From NCBI RefSeq assembly GCF_001194135.2, contig NC_068987.1:69651632-69715631 (forward strand): a DNA stretch of 64,000 nucleotides, read 5' to 3'. The translations under genes and the position numbers were made by a program. Source of the DNA: Octopus bimaculoides (Eukaryota). Shown here piece after piece: positions 1 through 13,643 of the stretch (its first letter is position 1; each line of letters opens with the position of its first letter). The notes beneath the pieces are model-generated. The model saw only the letters and a list, made by a program, of their open reading frames with translations. It was not told the DNA's origin and did no database searches.

Positions 1-1354
1 CTTTCTCTCTTCCCTTACTAAGACAAACAATCAGTTGTTATCGATGGACAAAACGCTGAAAAGGTTGCCATACTGTAATTTAGCAGAACTAATTTTCTAA
101 AATGGTACATTCTTTTTGAAGTCGGAAGTAAGTAAGAGAATATTGATTTAAAGAAATGGCATGGCGACGTTGGTGACGAAGGAAGCAGTTGTTGATTTTG
201 TTGTTTTTAGCTTTTTATAAATTTTTGTTGCGACTTATGCTTATTCTATTATGTGTTACTGTTTAGTCGTAGATGTCGGTTCTGGCTCTGAAAGTGGCAG
301 TAATGACGTTACTCATGGTATCGCAGGTGGTGCAGATGGATGCAGTTCTTTTTGCAGTAGTATGGTTATGGTGGTGTTGATGATGTTGGTATGGGTGGTT
401 TATGCTTTTGGAGTAAGTAACTGTGATCATGATGCTCGTAGTTAGTGGCTGTAATGGTGGTTTAGTAATAGCAATGATGATCATGGTTATTTTTAAAGCG
501 CTAGTGGTAATGTTGTATCTCTCGTACCGATGATGATGATTGTTTTAGAATATAAAGAAAATTCAAATGATTTAAACAAACACCAAAAAATATATATCTA
601 TTGATTTTTGCTTGAGAACAAGTGATTTATTGATTATTTGCTGGTTTCTGAGACGCAGTAGAACAGTGGTTATCGTTCATGTCTGGCTAGATTTAATTTT
701 TATGCGAAATAGAGCATAAGGAAATTAGAGTTAAATATTGCTGCGGTTAAAATGGCATTCTTTGTCGTTATTTCATCTTATTGTAGCGTTTAGTTGCTAT
801 GTATGTATTATAATTTTGCCACTTGCTCAACGAGAAAAATCATCTCAGCGTTAAGGTATTTCATTCATAGCTTTTGTTTTCATGTTGTAATACTATTATT
901 TTATTAATTTTCTTTTTCTTCTCCATTTTGCTTTATATATCGTGTTTGTTTTAGATCTTTTTGTAAAGCGGACACAAGAAAAAAGTGATCATATGGAAAA
1001 GACGGCAAGCTGGAAGATATCTATCTAGTTTACAAAAATAATATTGTCATATGTCACTCTTTCTCTTTCTTCCATTTATTTATTACTCTCTCTCTCTCAC
1101 TCTCTCTCTTTCATTCTCCTTCTTTCTCTCTCTCCCTCTATCATTTTTCGTTTGCATTTTTCTCTATTTCCAATATATAATATCGAGAATTAATACAAAA
1201 TCAAGGAAAAAATGCAACAATTCTAACAAATGAAATATTATATTTTGCAAGTTTTGGATGCCTTTTAGAAAACAGCGATTTCTTCATTACACTATTATTG
1301 TTGTTGTTATTGCTGTTGTTGTTGCTCCTATTGTTGTTGTTGTTATTATCATCA

Positions 1355-1356
<2 letters not shown>

Positions 1357-1415
<59 letters not shown>

Positions 1416-2930
1416 CATAACTTGTCTTATTTTTATGTCATTTTACTGCATTACTGAGTACAGCGTCGTGCGCCTTGTGTATGTGCAGTACTATGTTTTG
1501 AATTAGTATTTATCTATCTGTTTTTAATCATTCCTCAGTTACTTATTATTATGGGATTGTTTATCTTTTCAGTGGCAACATTTCGGTTATCTGTATTTCT
1601 TGATCATTGAACTCGATAAATCTCCATTTCTTTTAGAGATGTAAAATATTCTCTGAGATGGCATTTCCTTTCCTGTTTGCTGGTTCTTCACAACGATATA
1701 TGATCAATTAGACTTGATTCTCTGTAGATTGCCATATCCTGGACTTCGGTTGCCTTGTTCTCTGAGATATTTTAAGCTGTAAGTTTATACATTCTTTTCT
1801 GATGTTATTTCATAATGGTGGTGCACATTCCATAAAACGAATGTCGATGTATTATTTCAAGCCGAATATTGGACAGCTTGAGTACTAGTGTATAGGTTAT
1901 TATCTTTTTCACCGCTTGACTTTCATTGTTCCATGAGAAGGTTTGGATACTGTACAACTATCAAGAACCTTTTAATCTCCAGTTAGTATGCTGCATTTCC
2001 CCGCTGGTGTAACGATTTCCCAATACTGTGTTTAGTTTTTATTTTAAAATTATTACGCATGTATGGGTTTTCTTGGCTATATTTTGTTGTAGCATTCTGT
2101 ACTCTTAGTTTTAGTTCAGGTTTTCAATACTTTCTGAAATTTCGTTGCTCCTTTTTGTTTCCCTTCACGTTTGTCATTTCAGCCTCTGATTTGCGTCTGT
2201 CAATTCCTTGAAGAAAGAAATTATTTTTCCTTAATTTTGTTTCCAGAAAGTGTATTAATTCCATTATTTTTACTAGATACTTTTGTAGTGCTACTTTTGA
2301 CTTTTAATAATGTTGCGTAAGTCAAAAAAGTTTCTCCTATTCGTGATAAATGCAATCTTTCAATGTCATAATCATTCTTACTTCCTGTCTAGTATTTCTA
2401 AATCATCTTCTGCTCTGTTATGAATATTGTAACTAAATATTTATTGGAATGAATAGTCTTGATGCTTATTTATATTTAACTCTCTTTTACATATTTATCT
2501 GTAGGGTTAATAATGTTTTCTCAGTATTTTTATTCATTTGTGTATATTGTACGCTATATTGTTCATTATTCCTTAGTGTTTGTAAATCTATTTTTGTAAT
2601 TATCACATCTCTGTCTTAACCTATTATGGCATTAGTGACCCTAATTAATTTTCTTACCTCTACATTTGTCTTAGTGGAATTTATATGGAAAGACTTGTAA
2701 ATTACTGCAATTTCTGCAGCAGTAAATTGAACTATTTCTCATCTACAGCGTATATCTTGAGCTCATCTTAAAGGATATATATACGAATCTAGCCCTGTTT
2801 GACATGGAGGCAAAGATGTGAGCATGAAATTGAAACGGATACGAAAATGATTGACTTGTTGGAAAAATCTTTTTTCTAATGGAAATGTGGTTAGTTATAA
2901 ATCCTTGTTTGACCGTGTTTGGCGAAATGA
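1357..2930 (-). mobile_element. Decayed non-LTR retrotransposon, R4/Dong-like (RT + CCHC + restriction-like endonuclease), 5'-truncated, ending in a (TAA)n tract
   Basis: Manual minus-strand translation, with stops and frameshifts, gives these motifs in the expected order: HISIRKKIF (RGIFQGD region), DELKIYA (DDLKLYA RT core, ~2765), F.*DKC (FGLDKC), LEILDRK, DIERLHLSR (DIERLYIPR), SCPI, IKSN*SYIVVKN (IKANRPDIVVKD endonuclease), SLKEME, EIQITEMLPLK, STAH. The (ATT)n tract at 1357-1414 follows. Confidence 0.8.
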
Positions 2931-3317
2931 TTTCGATTTACGCTTGATGTGCTTATTGTATCACCTTAATATTCTTGCTACCTCACTGGTAGTTAACGAT
3001 TCTGAGATTCATGCCCCAATTGAAAAAATGAAGTTACGTCGTCATATCACAATGATGTTCACATCAGAAATCGAGATGTTGACACCATATTAGAGAGGAA
3101 TCCGGTAGTGATAGAGGCACGCATTAATCAGTTCTGCCCCACACATTTTCCATCGTAAATTAATGTTTTACGAAGTTACGTCACAAACCTCTTATCGCAT
3201 GAGGACAGATCCTGCACCGTACTACAAGCGATAACAAGTGTTCTATGCCCGAGACTGTCAAATTAATCCACCATAAAAATTTGTTGAATTCCTTCGCTAA
3301 GGAATGGCAGACATTTT

Positions 3318-3420
3318 CTATCTCGGGAAATTTATTGATGAGTGAATGGCAATATTTTAAGGCGGTTTTCCTCTCTCTCGAGTAAATTATTGATGAGTGA
3401 TAAGCGATATTCTAAGGTGA
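3318..3420. repeat. Degenerate tandem duplication, ~55 bp period
   Basis: tctcgggaaatttattgatgagtgaatggcaatattttaagg (from 3321) vs tctcgagtaaattattgatgagtgataagcgatattctaagg (from 3376). Confidence 0.7.
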
Positions 3421-5656
3421 AATAATAGATACGTTTTTCTTAGCCAACCCTCATCAACTTTCAACTTACTACCAATTCACAAAACGGTGATGGTAGAATG
3501 ATAAATACTTCACTTACTTGTTGAGGTGATCTAGTTTGCCGAAGGTAACTGTCTGTTTTGGCCATATACACTTTAATTCATTTATGCATGTATACATACA
3601 TAGGCAAACACACGTATATACATGCGTATTTATATGCGTGTGTGTTTGTTTGTATGTATGAATACTATATTGATATGTTTATTTTGTATGTGGGTGCATG
3701 CGCGTGTATAGATACGTGTACAGAGAGAGGGAGAACGATTCCACGTGATAATCCAGTTTTTGTTGTGCATGTGGCAAAAATATTATTAATATTATCATTA
3801 TTGCTGTTTTGTTGCAGGAATGTTAGGAAAACTTTTTAAGATACCTGAAGATGATCGAAAAATATACTGATCGAATGTAGTGAAACTACATATCTCTACT
3901 CAATTGAAGTTGATAAAGATATCAAAGTAACTCAATCACATTTCTCCTCTCCAATAATTCCCAGGCCTTAAATCTCAATACGAAATCAATAGAATAAAAG
4001 AAAAACTATGAAAAGTGCAGCTATAAAAAGGTATATGAAAATTATATTACTTCTTCAAAAGGAATCGTTTTAAGTTTAAGCATAGATTTCTAGTTATATA
4101 AACTCGTAATAGAAGTTATCTTTCTCAACAAATAAATATTTCAAATTTTCTTATATTTTAAAGTTAGATGTAATCTCAATGCTTTTTGGGGGAAAAAATG
4201 ATATACATACATATATTCATACATACATACATACATACATAGATACATACAAACATACATACATACACGTATATACTTCATTTTTTTATACAAAGCAACA
4301 CAAATTTTAATACTAACATCTAACAAGAGAAATATGTTTGAAATTATTGCAAAGAGCTTGAAGTTAGGCACGGTACTCTCAAGAGATTCTTAGACAAAGC
4401 ACCAAAATTACATTGGAACTATTATTTACATTTGAATAAAATTTATGTTTCCAGGATGACCTTAGCTGATTCCTGAAAGAAAGCATTCACAGGATTTTCT
4501 AAGAACGGTTGCGTTCTACATCTGAAGGTGCATTTCCCAAATATTCGTAAAGACTTAACACATTTTCAAGAGTCCTGATGACTAGTATATATATATGTAT
4601 AGATTTGTGTTTCTTATATAGAAACTCATTGAAAGATTGACAGCTGATTTGAACGTATGACACATGATCTAGTAATCGAACGTCTTATCTACGTGGTGAT
4701 TCTCCTTTACACAATAAAGGTAAACACGATGAAAGCAATGTACAACTAAAACCTATTTCTGTTGAAAATAAAATCAAAGTTCATTTTTTTTTTCAATTAT
4801 TTGAAAAGAAATATTTATTACCAGCTCTCACAACTGGAAATCTATGTTTGAATTTATAATGAAGAACTGATATCTGATTGTAGATTATTGAAATCCATTT
4901 CGGTTTAAGGTTTGAGTCCCTCCAGGTTAAAAAAAATTAAAGAGTAAAGTAAAAGCAACAATAGATTTTGAATTACATTATGCTTTTTTTTACGCACCGT
5001 TGAGAAGAAAGTTACTTTCATTTGGTGAAAATAGCAAATGCCATAAAATTTTACAGCATAATAATTGATTTCTTCATACACATGTGTATGAGACTTAAAA
5101 GAAATCAGATCGAAGAGATGTAGCCTATTTAAAATATAAACCTGTCGTTTCAAAAGATTCCTTTATTTTTATCGAGGAGTTAAGCTGAAGACTTAATATT
5201 TGCATATTCATATTTTTGCGTAACTGACAGTATGTGTTTGTGTCTGTGAATGTGTGTTTGAGTGCATTTTTGTGTAAATTTGAGTGTGCGTGTTTGTATG
5301 CGTATAATTATGCATTTGCATCGCTGTTTGTGAGAATGAAAAATCATGTGAATATTTGTATAAATGTGTATATATCAATGTGTGTTCGTCAGTAGAGAAT
5401 CACATGTACACGCATTTATGCTAAACTTGTGATTCTGTATGTGATTGTGTCTGTTTATGAATGATCGTATGTAAGTGTGAGCTGCTTTTGCATTCGTATA
5501 CATAATTTTATTATGCTTATTTTTATGTATGATTATATGAATTTGTATATTTATGAGTGTGCCTGTGTGTGTATTTATTTCCCTATGTGCATGCCTGCCT
5601 ATTTGAAATTGTGATGTTTATGTGCATATAGAAATTATTTCTAATGTTACTGTTAG

Positions 5657-5736
5657 GAGCAGATGAAGGACCAAAATCATATTGAAGAATATTTAATACC
5701 GTTTATGACATTATGGATTCTGTTAATTCGATTTAC
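5657..5736 (+). CDS. Candidate coding exon (signal-peptide-like: EQMKDQNHIEEYLIPFMTLWILLIRF)
   Basis: Acceptor tgttactgttAG, donor GTATGT, open frame with a hydrophobic stretch. Ends in phase 2, compatible with candidate exon 17444-17549. No homology or transcript evidence. Confidence 0.25.
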
Positions 5737-6613
5737 GTATGTAGAAAAAGGAGCATGCAAAACAGATGAAACTAAAACTCTATACCCACACCACCCAGAA
5801 TAAATAATGTAGAGAAGAAAAACCTTTCAATTGGAAAATATGTGTGCACGTATGTGCGTAGTGGATGTAAGATCGGAGATTAAAATAAAACAATTATATT
5901 TCCAGAAACTTTAGGTGGAACAAAGCTGCTAGTTTCCAGTTACAAAGCTGTAGAAGAATAATGGCCTTTAAGCACTATTCTAATTCAAGTTGTTTCTTTT
6001 TTTAATTAAATTTGAAAGTCACGAAAATATTGATTTTTCTCTAAAGGCATAGAACTTCAGATTTATATGACAGGCGACATTAAATTGAGTAACAGAGAAC
6101 AATGTGAGTAACTAGTATGGAAGCGAAACCGGGTCGTCTTTGAAAAATGCAGTACTGTTCTTTACTAAAAATTATGGCGGATTGGTAAGGAATTTCAATT
6201 CATGTTAACTTGCAACATGCGAATCTAAGGAACACATAAAGTGAAAAATATGCCGATTTCAGAAAGCTATGTTTGAATTCAAACGAGTTTTAGGTTACTA
6301 AAATCCATTTGAGTTTACAATTTCATGTCATCTAGATAAAAGAAAATAGGAAGATAATAAAAAGTCCTCAACATTTGATATTTTGATAGAAACATATTAA
6401 AAGAAACATGAGATTAATAGTATATCTATAGCCAATTTTCACCATTCGATAATCTACTCTTGAAGATGATGATACATTTTTAGAGGGAACTAAACATATG
6501 GGTGATACACCTCGAATGTACCGGCCGGAGGTGGGGTTCAATAACGATTGAAGCTATTTGACAGAATTTACATATCTTGAAGACATGAAATGTAACAAAT
6601 AAAGCCCTCACTT

Positions 6614-6760
<147 letters not shown>

Positions 6761-8653
6761 GATATAGAACTAACGGTTAAATTGGTGACGACTAGGAATT
6801 TACAATAAATCTGATTCACCTACCAATTTGAACTACTCCTATCAAGAGATGTCTCATTGTTATATTTAAACAAGTGTTCAAAATACTAATACTACCAGTA
6901 GTTGATATGAATACTATGTAAACAGAAAATTATATTCAACACAAATTTTAAAAAGTGCATATGGAAATGAATTTTTAAAAATAATTCTTTTGAGGTAATG
7001 CGTTATGTTATATAAAACAAAAGTGAAATTATTGAAACATACTACTTGTACAGATTACAGCAAAACTGCGCTCAGAGAGCGTTGCAATTATGCATTAGGC
7101 CTACTTGTGGTTCAACGATTTATATTCAGCAACAAAATCAAACAATCTGGAAGTTTCGATGCTGTTCTAACAGAGCTCCTGTATCAGATCATTCCTCTTA
7201 TATTATCATCAAGCTTTTATATTGTCATTCTTCTTATACTATTGCAGAAAAAAAAGCATCAACACAGAGTACACTGATTCCACAGCTTTCGTTGTAGCTG
7301 ATTCATCTCATCATTTGTATGGCGCATTTGTATGGCCACATGTTCATCGTATATACCCACACACCTGATGTTGCATTCATAACAGTAGACACATATACAC
7401 GGACGTGAGTGTGCCTGTACTCAATCGAGGCCCCTTGCAGAAAGGCTTCGCTCTCTTCATTTCCGGACATATCAATGTATTTCTGGCATATCAATGTATT
7501 TCTGGCAGAATTTCTTCAACCGAAATTGAACCTATTCTATATCCATAACATTCTATTGAACCTTCAATTCATACAATTGAACTAAAGTTCCAGTTACAAA
7601 TAGACATTAAATATATTCCTACTGTTTTCTTATCATACAGTATAACAATTTACATCAGCATATTCTATAATTTGCCTTTTGTTGGATCTGTAGTATCTTC
7701 ATATATGTATGCAAATATGCATATTATACGTAATAAAGTGTATGTGCACATGAAATAAATTCAGGTAGTCATTAATGATACTGAGTAAAATAAAATCGCT
7801 GAATACGAAATATAAAAATCTTAAGAAGTAACAATTCTTGCCTGTATAATTTTAGAAAAAAAACAAAAAAAAAACTGAATATTTGAGGGAAATAAAAAGA
7901 AAGTATGTAACATGGTAGAACCTGAGATATATATTGGGATGGAAGAAAAAGTTACTGAACTAGGTGGAAGCCGAATAATATGGAAGATTTAAGATTTTAA
8001 TCATGATGCGAATGTAAGATGGAAGATTTCTCCCAAAATAAATCTATTCATGTGAAGAAAAACTACAGTAAGACTAATATGAAATATATGTAACCAAGAT
8101 GCTTGTAAAATATCTTTATATGTATGAAATTAATTCTTAAATTTACATGCTTTAGACTTATGCAACGCAGCGTCACAGTATCGTTGATCTAAAAAGGCAA
8201 TACATGACTATTTCTAATTGTATATGATTGTCGAATTTTATACGAATATAGGTTGCTTAAAGTACTTTAAGTGAACGTATAGTATCAAGTAAAAAAATAC
8301 TAGGTATTATTTAACATTGTCTTTTCATTTTAGAATAATGGTCTTTATATTAGTTTCTGGTTCTTACTGTGGCAACTGTATTTTTGATGCGACTGAACAT
8401 ACAACATTTTAATCAGACATTTAATTTCAATTTTAACCGTGTTTCTTCTAAAAGTAATAGAAGAAGATAAAATCGCAGAACAGACGAATGAACATTCATA
8501 ATAATGAAATTCATTTCGGAGTGAGGAATGAAGAATTATATAAAAATGAATAACAGCAAAAGTGCAAGTGGCAAAGAAGTATGAATGTGTGATAGGAAGA
8601 GACGGTGCGCCAAAAGTAAGTGGTAGGGAAACAAAATTATTAATACTATTGTA

Positions 8654-8692
<39 letters not shown>

Positions 8693-8884
8693 AAGAAAAT
8701 GAGATACGTTGGAGTAAATTCGAAAATTGTAAGGAAAATGAAGGAAAGAATAAGAACATTGGAGGAGAATATATCAATACAAAAATGGGAATATGCATGA
8801 AAGTATTTTCTCGAATGCATTCAAATATACATATAAGTAAACATATATGTCTTTTGAAAGAAAACACATATACATATAATCAGA

Positions 8885-8950
<66 letters not shown>

Positions 8951-8951
8951 T

Positions 8952-9017
<66 letters not shown>

Positions 9018-9172
9018 GTGTGTGTGTTTGCGTGTGTTCATGTATGTATGTGTGTGTGGATGGGTGTATGTACACACTTTCATAATATTTATGTACACAA
9101 AAACATACACACATACATATATATTTATATATACACATATAATTCAAGTGCGTAAAAAAGATAATGCATGTG

Positions 9173-9237
<65 letters not shown>

Positions 9238-10986
9238 ACACACACACACAAAGACAGAGCGAGAGAGAGATATAGACAGAGAGAGGTGGTGAGAGGGAAG
9301 TTGAAAGACAAAGAATAAAAGTGAGTTGGGAAAAGAGATAGATAGTTAGTTGTTTGTGAACAGAAGAGAATGAAAGTAATAGAAATACGTTGATAAAGAG
9401 AGAGCGTTATGGACTGAAGTACAGGGCAATGCTTGTATAGAGTTAATCATACATTCAGAACGGTAGACATCTAGCCGGACATAACAAACTTCTCTACATC
9501 TATTGAATTGGCCATTAACCATACCTAAGAAGAAATTGCTCAGTTCTTGTCGATTAATCTTCGTTATATGAATTACTTATCTCTTTCTTCTCAGGTTGTG
9601 TGTAGTTGTGACATAAAAATACGTTGCCAATATTCCACCCGCCAACTCACTGAATCTACGACTTGAGCCAAACACCGATCGACTGCGCCATTTACGTTTG
9701 TTTCTCTATCAATTCTTTCTGCAATTTTTCTATTTTTGTTTATCTTTTCTGTGTCTCTTCATCTTGCATTTCTTCCTCTTTTTCCTTCCTTATTGTTAAC
9801 CTACTTTTCGCGTATTTATATTTGTATGCACAGTGAGTGCATAATTTAGCTGGTCAGGTCACTATCCAAACAGTCGCGCAGATATTCAGTTACCTTAAAC
9901 CGTAACCTGTAGTGGTATGATACATACAAAAAAACTAGTCAGGTATAGCTATCAGTTGTCTTTCAAATAACCATCTATAGTTATGTAAAAGGACAGGATA
10001 TATTAGACAGTGTATTTCCAGATGCTGAGAGAAATTAAACTAAAGATACTAAAAGTGATAAGCGAGAGGTTACTGTTAAAATAGCATTTATGAAAGTTCT
10101 AATAGATCAAGACTGAACTTCGACACCACTTCGTCAGTTGTCTACTTTTTGCAATACACTTCTCTAAAATCGAAAATTCTTTTATAGAGACAGAAACAGA
10201 GAAACAAACACAAATATAAAAATTGAATTTTAGTAATTTATTATTCTGTTTAGTTCCCTCAAAACAGGAAGTGTCTATGTTCAGCAATATTTGTTAAATA
10301 TATTTTCTTTTGTTCACATAAATCAAGAAACCGATAATACTTCTTACATTCTGGAGATATTTGAGTGAAAATTTTACGGAGATGCAAAAAGCACAAGTCA
10401 TTAAGTTCTCATATGGAATTATAAAAATTCTCAGTATTTAGATAAACTGTTGAGATAAACTCATCAAAAAACAAACAAACAAAAAACGAATTCACTTTTA
10501 CAAAGTGTTGAAGCGTAGCCTGAACAAGAAACTCATTGTTCTATTTAGATTTCAAAGCAAAGAAATGCGCAAAACCCCCATTCGGTGAAGCTGAGTTAAG
10601 AGATCCCAACTTCTATGAAGTTGAGTTTATCTGTTTCAATGCATAATGGCAATATTCGTGTTTATTGAATGTTGTGACATAAATTTTAGAAATACGAGTT
10701 TGAGTATACAAAGTGTGCCTTTAAAATTCAATGATTAGAGTTTCACAAGAAGCGACTAAGGAATGTTCTAAGCTAAAAGGAATTATATGAACTGGTAGTG
10801 GATCACAATTGTGGTCTCTAGGCTCTGTCTATCAGATCATTAACAAACAGTAGATCTTGTATTTTGCTTTCTTATAATTTAACTTGTTAGTAACCGGCTC
10901 TTTCTCTATTGGCAAGAAATCTTCAAATAAAACTGAACAATGACATACATAGTACATACATACATACACACACATGCATACATACA

Positions 10987-11018
<32 letters not shown>

Positions 11019-11102
11019 CATACATACATATACATACATATATGTGTGTATCTGTATCTTTTCAACACACACACATGCACAGAGGGCATGACTCTCACTA
11101 TA

Positions 11103-11287
11103 ACTTTTCACTTGGCTTGTTTCAGTCACTTGACTGTGGCCATGCTGGAGCACCACCTTAAAGAGCTTTAGTCGAATAAATCTTCCTCAGTACTTTTTTA
11201 AAAGCCTAGTACTTATTTTGTCTGTCTCTTTTGCCGAACTTTTAAGTTACGGGGATGTAAACGCCCACCGACAGCGGTTGTAAAGTA

Positions 11288-11377
<90 letters not shown>

Positions 11378-12151
11378 TCTATATGTAAATGGTGCGATGG
11401 GTAAATTGTCACTATATTATAATTTTAATTTCGTGCATGCAAACATGCTGTGCTATGTGGTATTCGCGTCGGATGCTCCAATTAGAAGATTTCACAATGT
11501 TTGGATGTCAATCTCGTGGACAGTGCATGCACCGAGAGTAATTAAAATCAAATATCCAGTCAACATCATGGTGTTTGGAGTGATCACTACTGAAGGAGAT
11601 TGCCCCAATTCATCTTCCCATACGGCCTCAGAATCAACACGGAGGCCTACATCAAGTGCCTGGAGGAGGTAGTGATGCCCTGGGTCAAGAGGGCGGCTGC
11701 TAGAAAACACTATGTCTGGCAACACGGCTCTGCACTATGTCACATAAGCAGGAGAACTTAGTCATGGCTGTCAGACAATTTCTGCGACAACTTCACGCCT
11801 AACATCTGGCCACCTAACTCCCCAAAATGCAAACCCCTTGATTATTGTGCGTGTGACACAGTTGAGAGAGAGACCAGCAAAACACCTTGTAACATCAAAG
11901 GTGAACTGAAGGCAAGGTCTATGGCAGCATTCCCCGACTTAAACAAGGAAATCGTCCAGAAGAGTTGCAGGAGATTCCTAAGTTTTCTGAAGCCCGTGGT
12001 TAAAGCCAATGGTGATTTTATTGAATAAATTTAGTCTTTGGCATTTCAAGATATTTTTATGTGATTTTGGTAAATATATCTTTGAAAATGAGTTGTCAGT
12101 GTCATTTTCATTTTTGCGTAATTTAGATAACAGTTTATTCACCGCACTCTG

Positions 12152-12240
<89 letters not shown>

Positions 12241-12400
12241 GATAGGTTTCTTTAAGTTTTCATGTATCAAATCCACTCGTAGTGCTTCGGTTGGCCCGAA
12301 GCTACAGCAGTAAACACATCCAAAATGACACGCAGTGGGACTGAATTCGTAAACATGTGATTCGAAAGCAAAATTCTTATCATACAGCAACGCTTGGGGC
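11103..12400 (-). mobile_element. tRNA-derived SINE with an internal microsatellite (family B), split by a Tc1/mariner insertion
   Basis: 3' part at 11103-11290 (tgtttcagtcacttgactgtggccatgctggagcaccacc...gttacggggatgtaaac), (CA)n at 11290-11372, 5' part at ~12236-12400 (atcaaatccactcg...gcagtgggactgaa). Same family as the plus-strand copy at 37181-37720. Confidence 0.75.
11388..12151 (+). mobile_element. Internally deleted Tc1/mariner-superfamily DNA transposon; only the catalytic C-terminal half of the transposase is retained (pseudogene)
   Basis: Frameshifted translation KYPVNIMVFGVITTEGD..FPYGLRINTEAYIKCLEEVVMPWVKRAAARKHYVWQHGSA..WPPNSPKCKPLDY..KANGDFIE* matches the family motifs WQQD.AP.H and WPPNSPD.NPLDY. 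Degenerate TIRs match at 19/27 including the TA; TA flanks at 11386-87 and 12152-53. Confidence 0.9.
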
Positions 12401-13563
12401 TATACACATACAAATACACACACACATACACACACACATACACACACGCGCGCACGCACACACACACACGTACGCACACACCCACACATGCACACACACA
12501 GACATGCACACACACAGACACACACACACACACACACGTATATATAAAGAGATCAATTAGTATTTAGATAATGAATGAAATTTGGACATACCTAAAAATT
12601 CGAAAAGACAAAATTTAATATTCTCAAGTTTATACATATATTAATAGTTTACACGTACGATCAGGAAATAGTTATGTGGATAGACAAGATTTTTCAGTGA
12701 AAGGATGAACGTATTTTTATAATTGATAATAATTTTATGAGAAACTGGATGAAACATTTCCGAAAATACTATCAATTTTCATATGTTTCGGCGTGTCATT
12801 AGCTATGAACTTAAAACTGTTGAAGAGAATTGTCAGGAATTTCTCATGTACTTAGTTTATATAGACCATCACCAACTCAGTCTAAATTGTATGAAGTACA
12901 AGATGGTTTTAGACCACAATGATATAATGTATAATTATTTCCGAGTTGAGACACTAGCTCGTCAATCAGATACTTCTAAAATTTTCAATGTAGAACATAT
13001 GTGCATGCGCGCACGTGTGTGTGTGTGTGCGCGTGTGTGCTCGGGGGGAGTGTGTTTGTATGTGTATGGATGTATGAATATATTTTTATCATTGGTTTAT
13101 TGTCAACATTGAAGATACAAAGCCTGTAGTCTGCGTTTGATTCTTCAATCAATAGTCGAAAAATGTAAAGAATTGATTGCTTGTTGTCAAATATAATCTG
13201 TACACACATGTACATGACAGTTATAATCCTTACACACATTTACATGTCCATACACTATTTGCAACGGAAGAACACTTCACAAAGTATTGTATACGCACAT
13301 ACATGCAATATATGTACATCTTTGTACGCATGCTATTTTTTGTGTGTATGTAAGACCTTATATGTTTGTATGATTGTTTATTTGGTTTCTTACATTCAGT
13401 CTTTCGAAGTACATTGAACTATTGAGATTTAGATATATACATACAAATATATTATTTATACACTTAACTTCAATACAGTTGACAAGAATAAAATAAGACA
13501 TTCAGAAATACAGAAACAAAAAAAGAATACACCAAGAATATAGAAAGTTGATCGAAAATAGGA

Positions 13564-13643
<80 letters not shown>

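Noticed and set aside
251-550. ORFs at 251-445 and 263-484
   Set aside because: They lie in a degenerate (GGT/GAT)n trinucleotide tract.
2851-3093. 80-aa plus-strand ORF (MTCWKNLFSN...)
   Set aside because: It overlaps the antisense of the R4-like LINE RT remnant; a superficial KSLFDRVWR likeness to RT is on the wrong strand.
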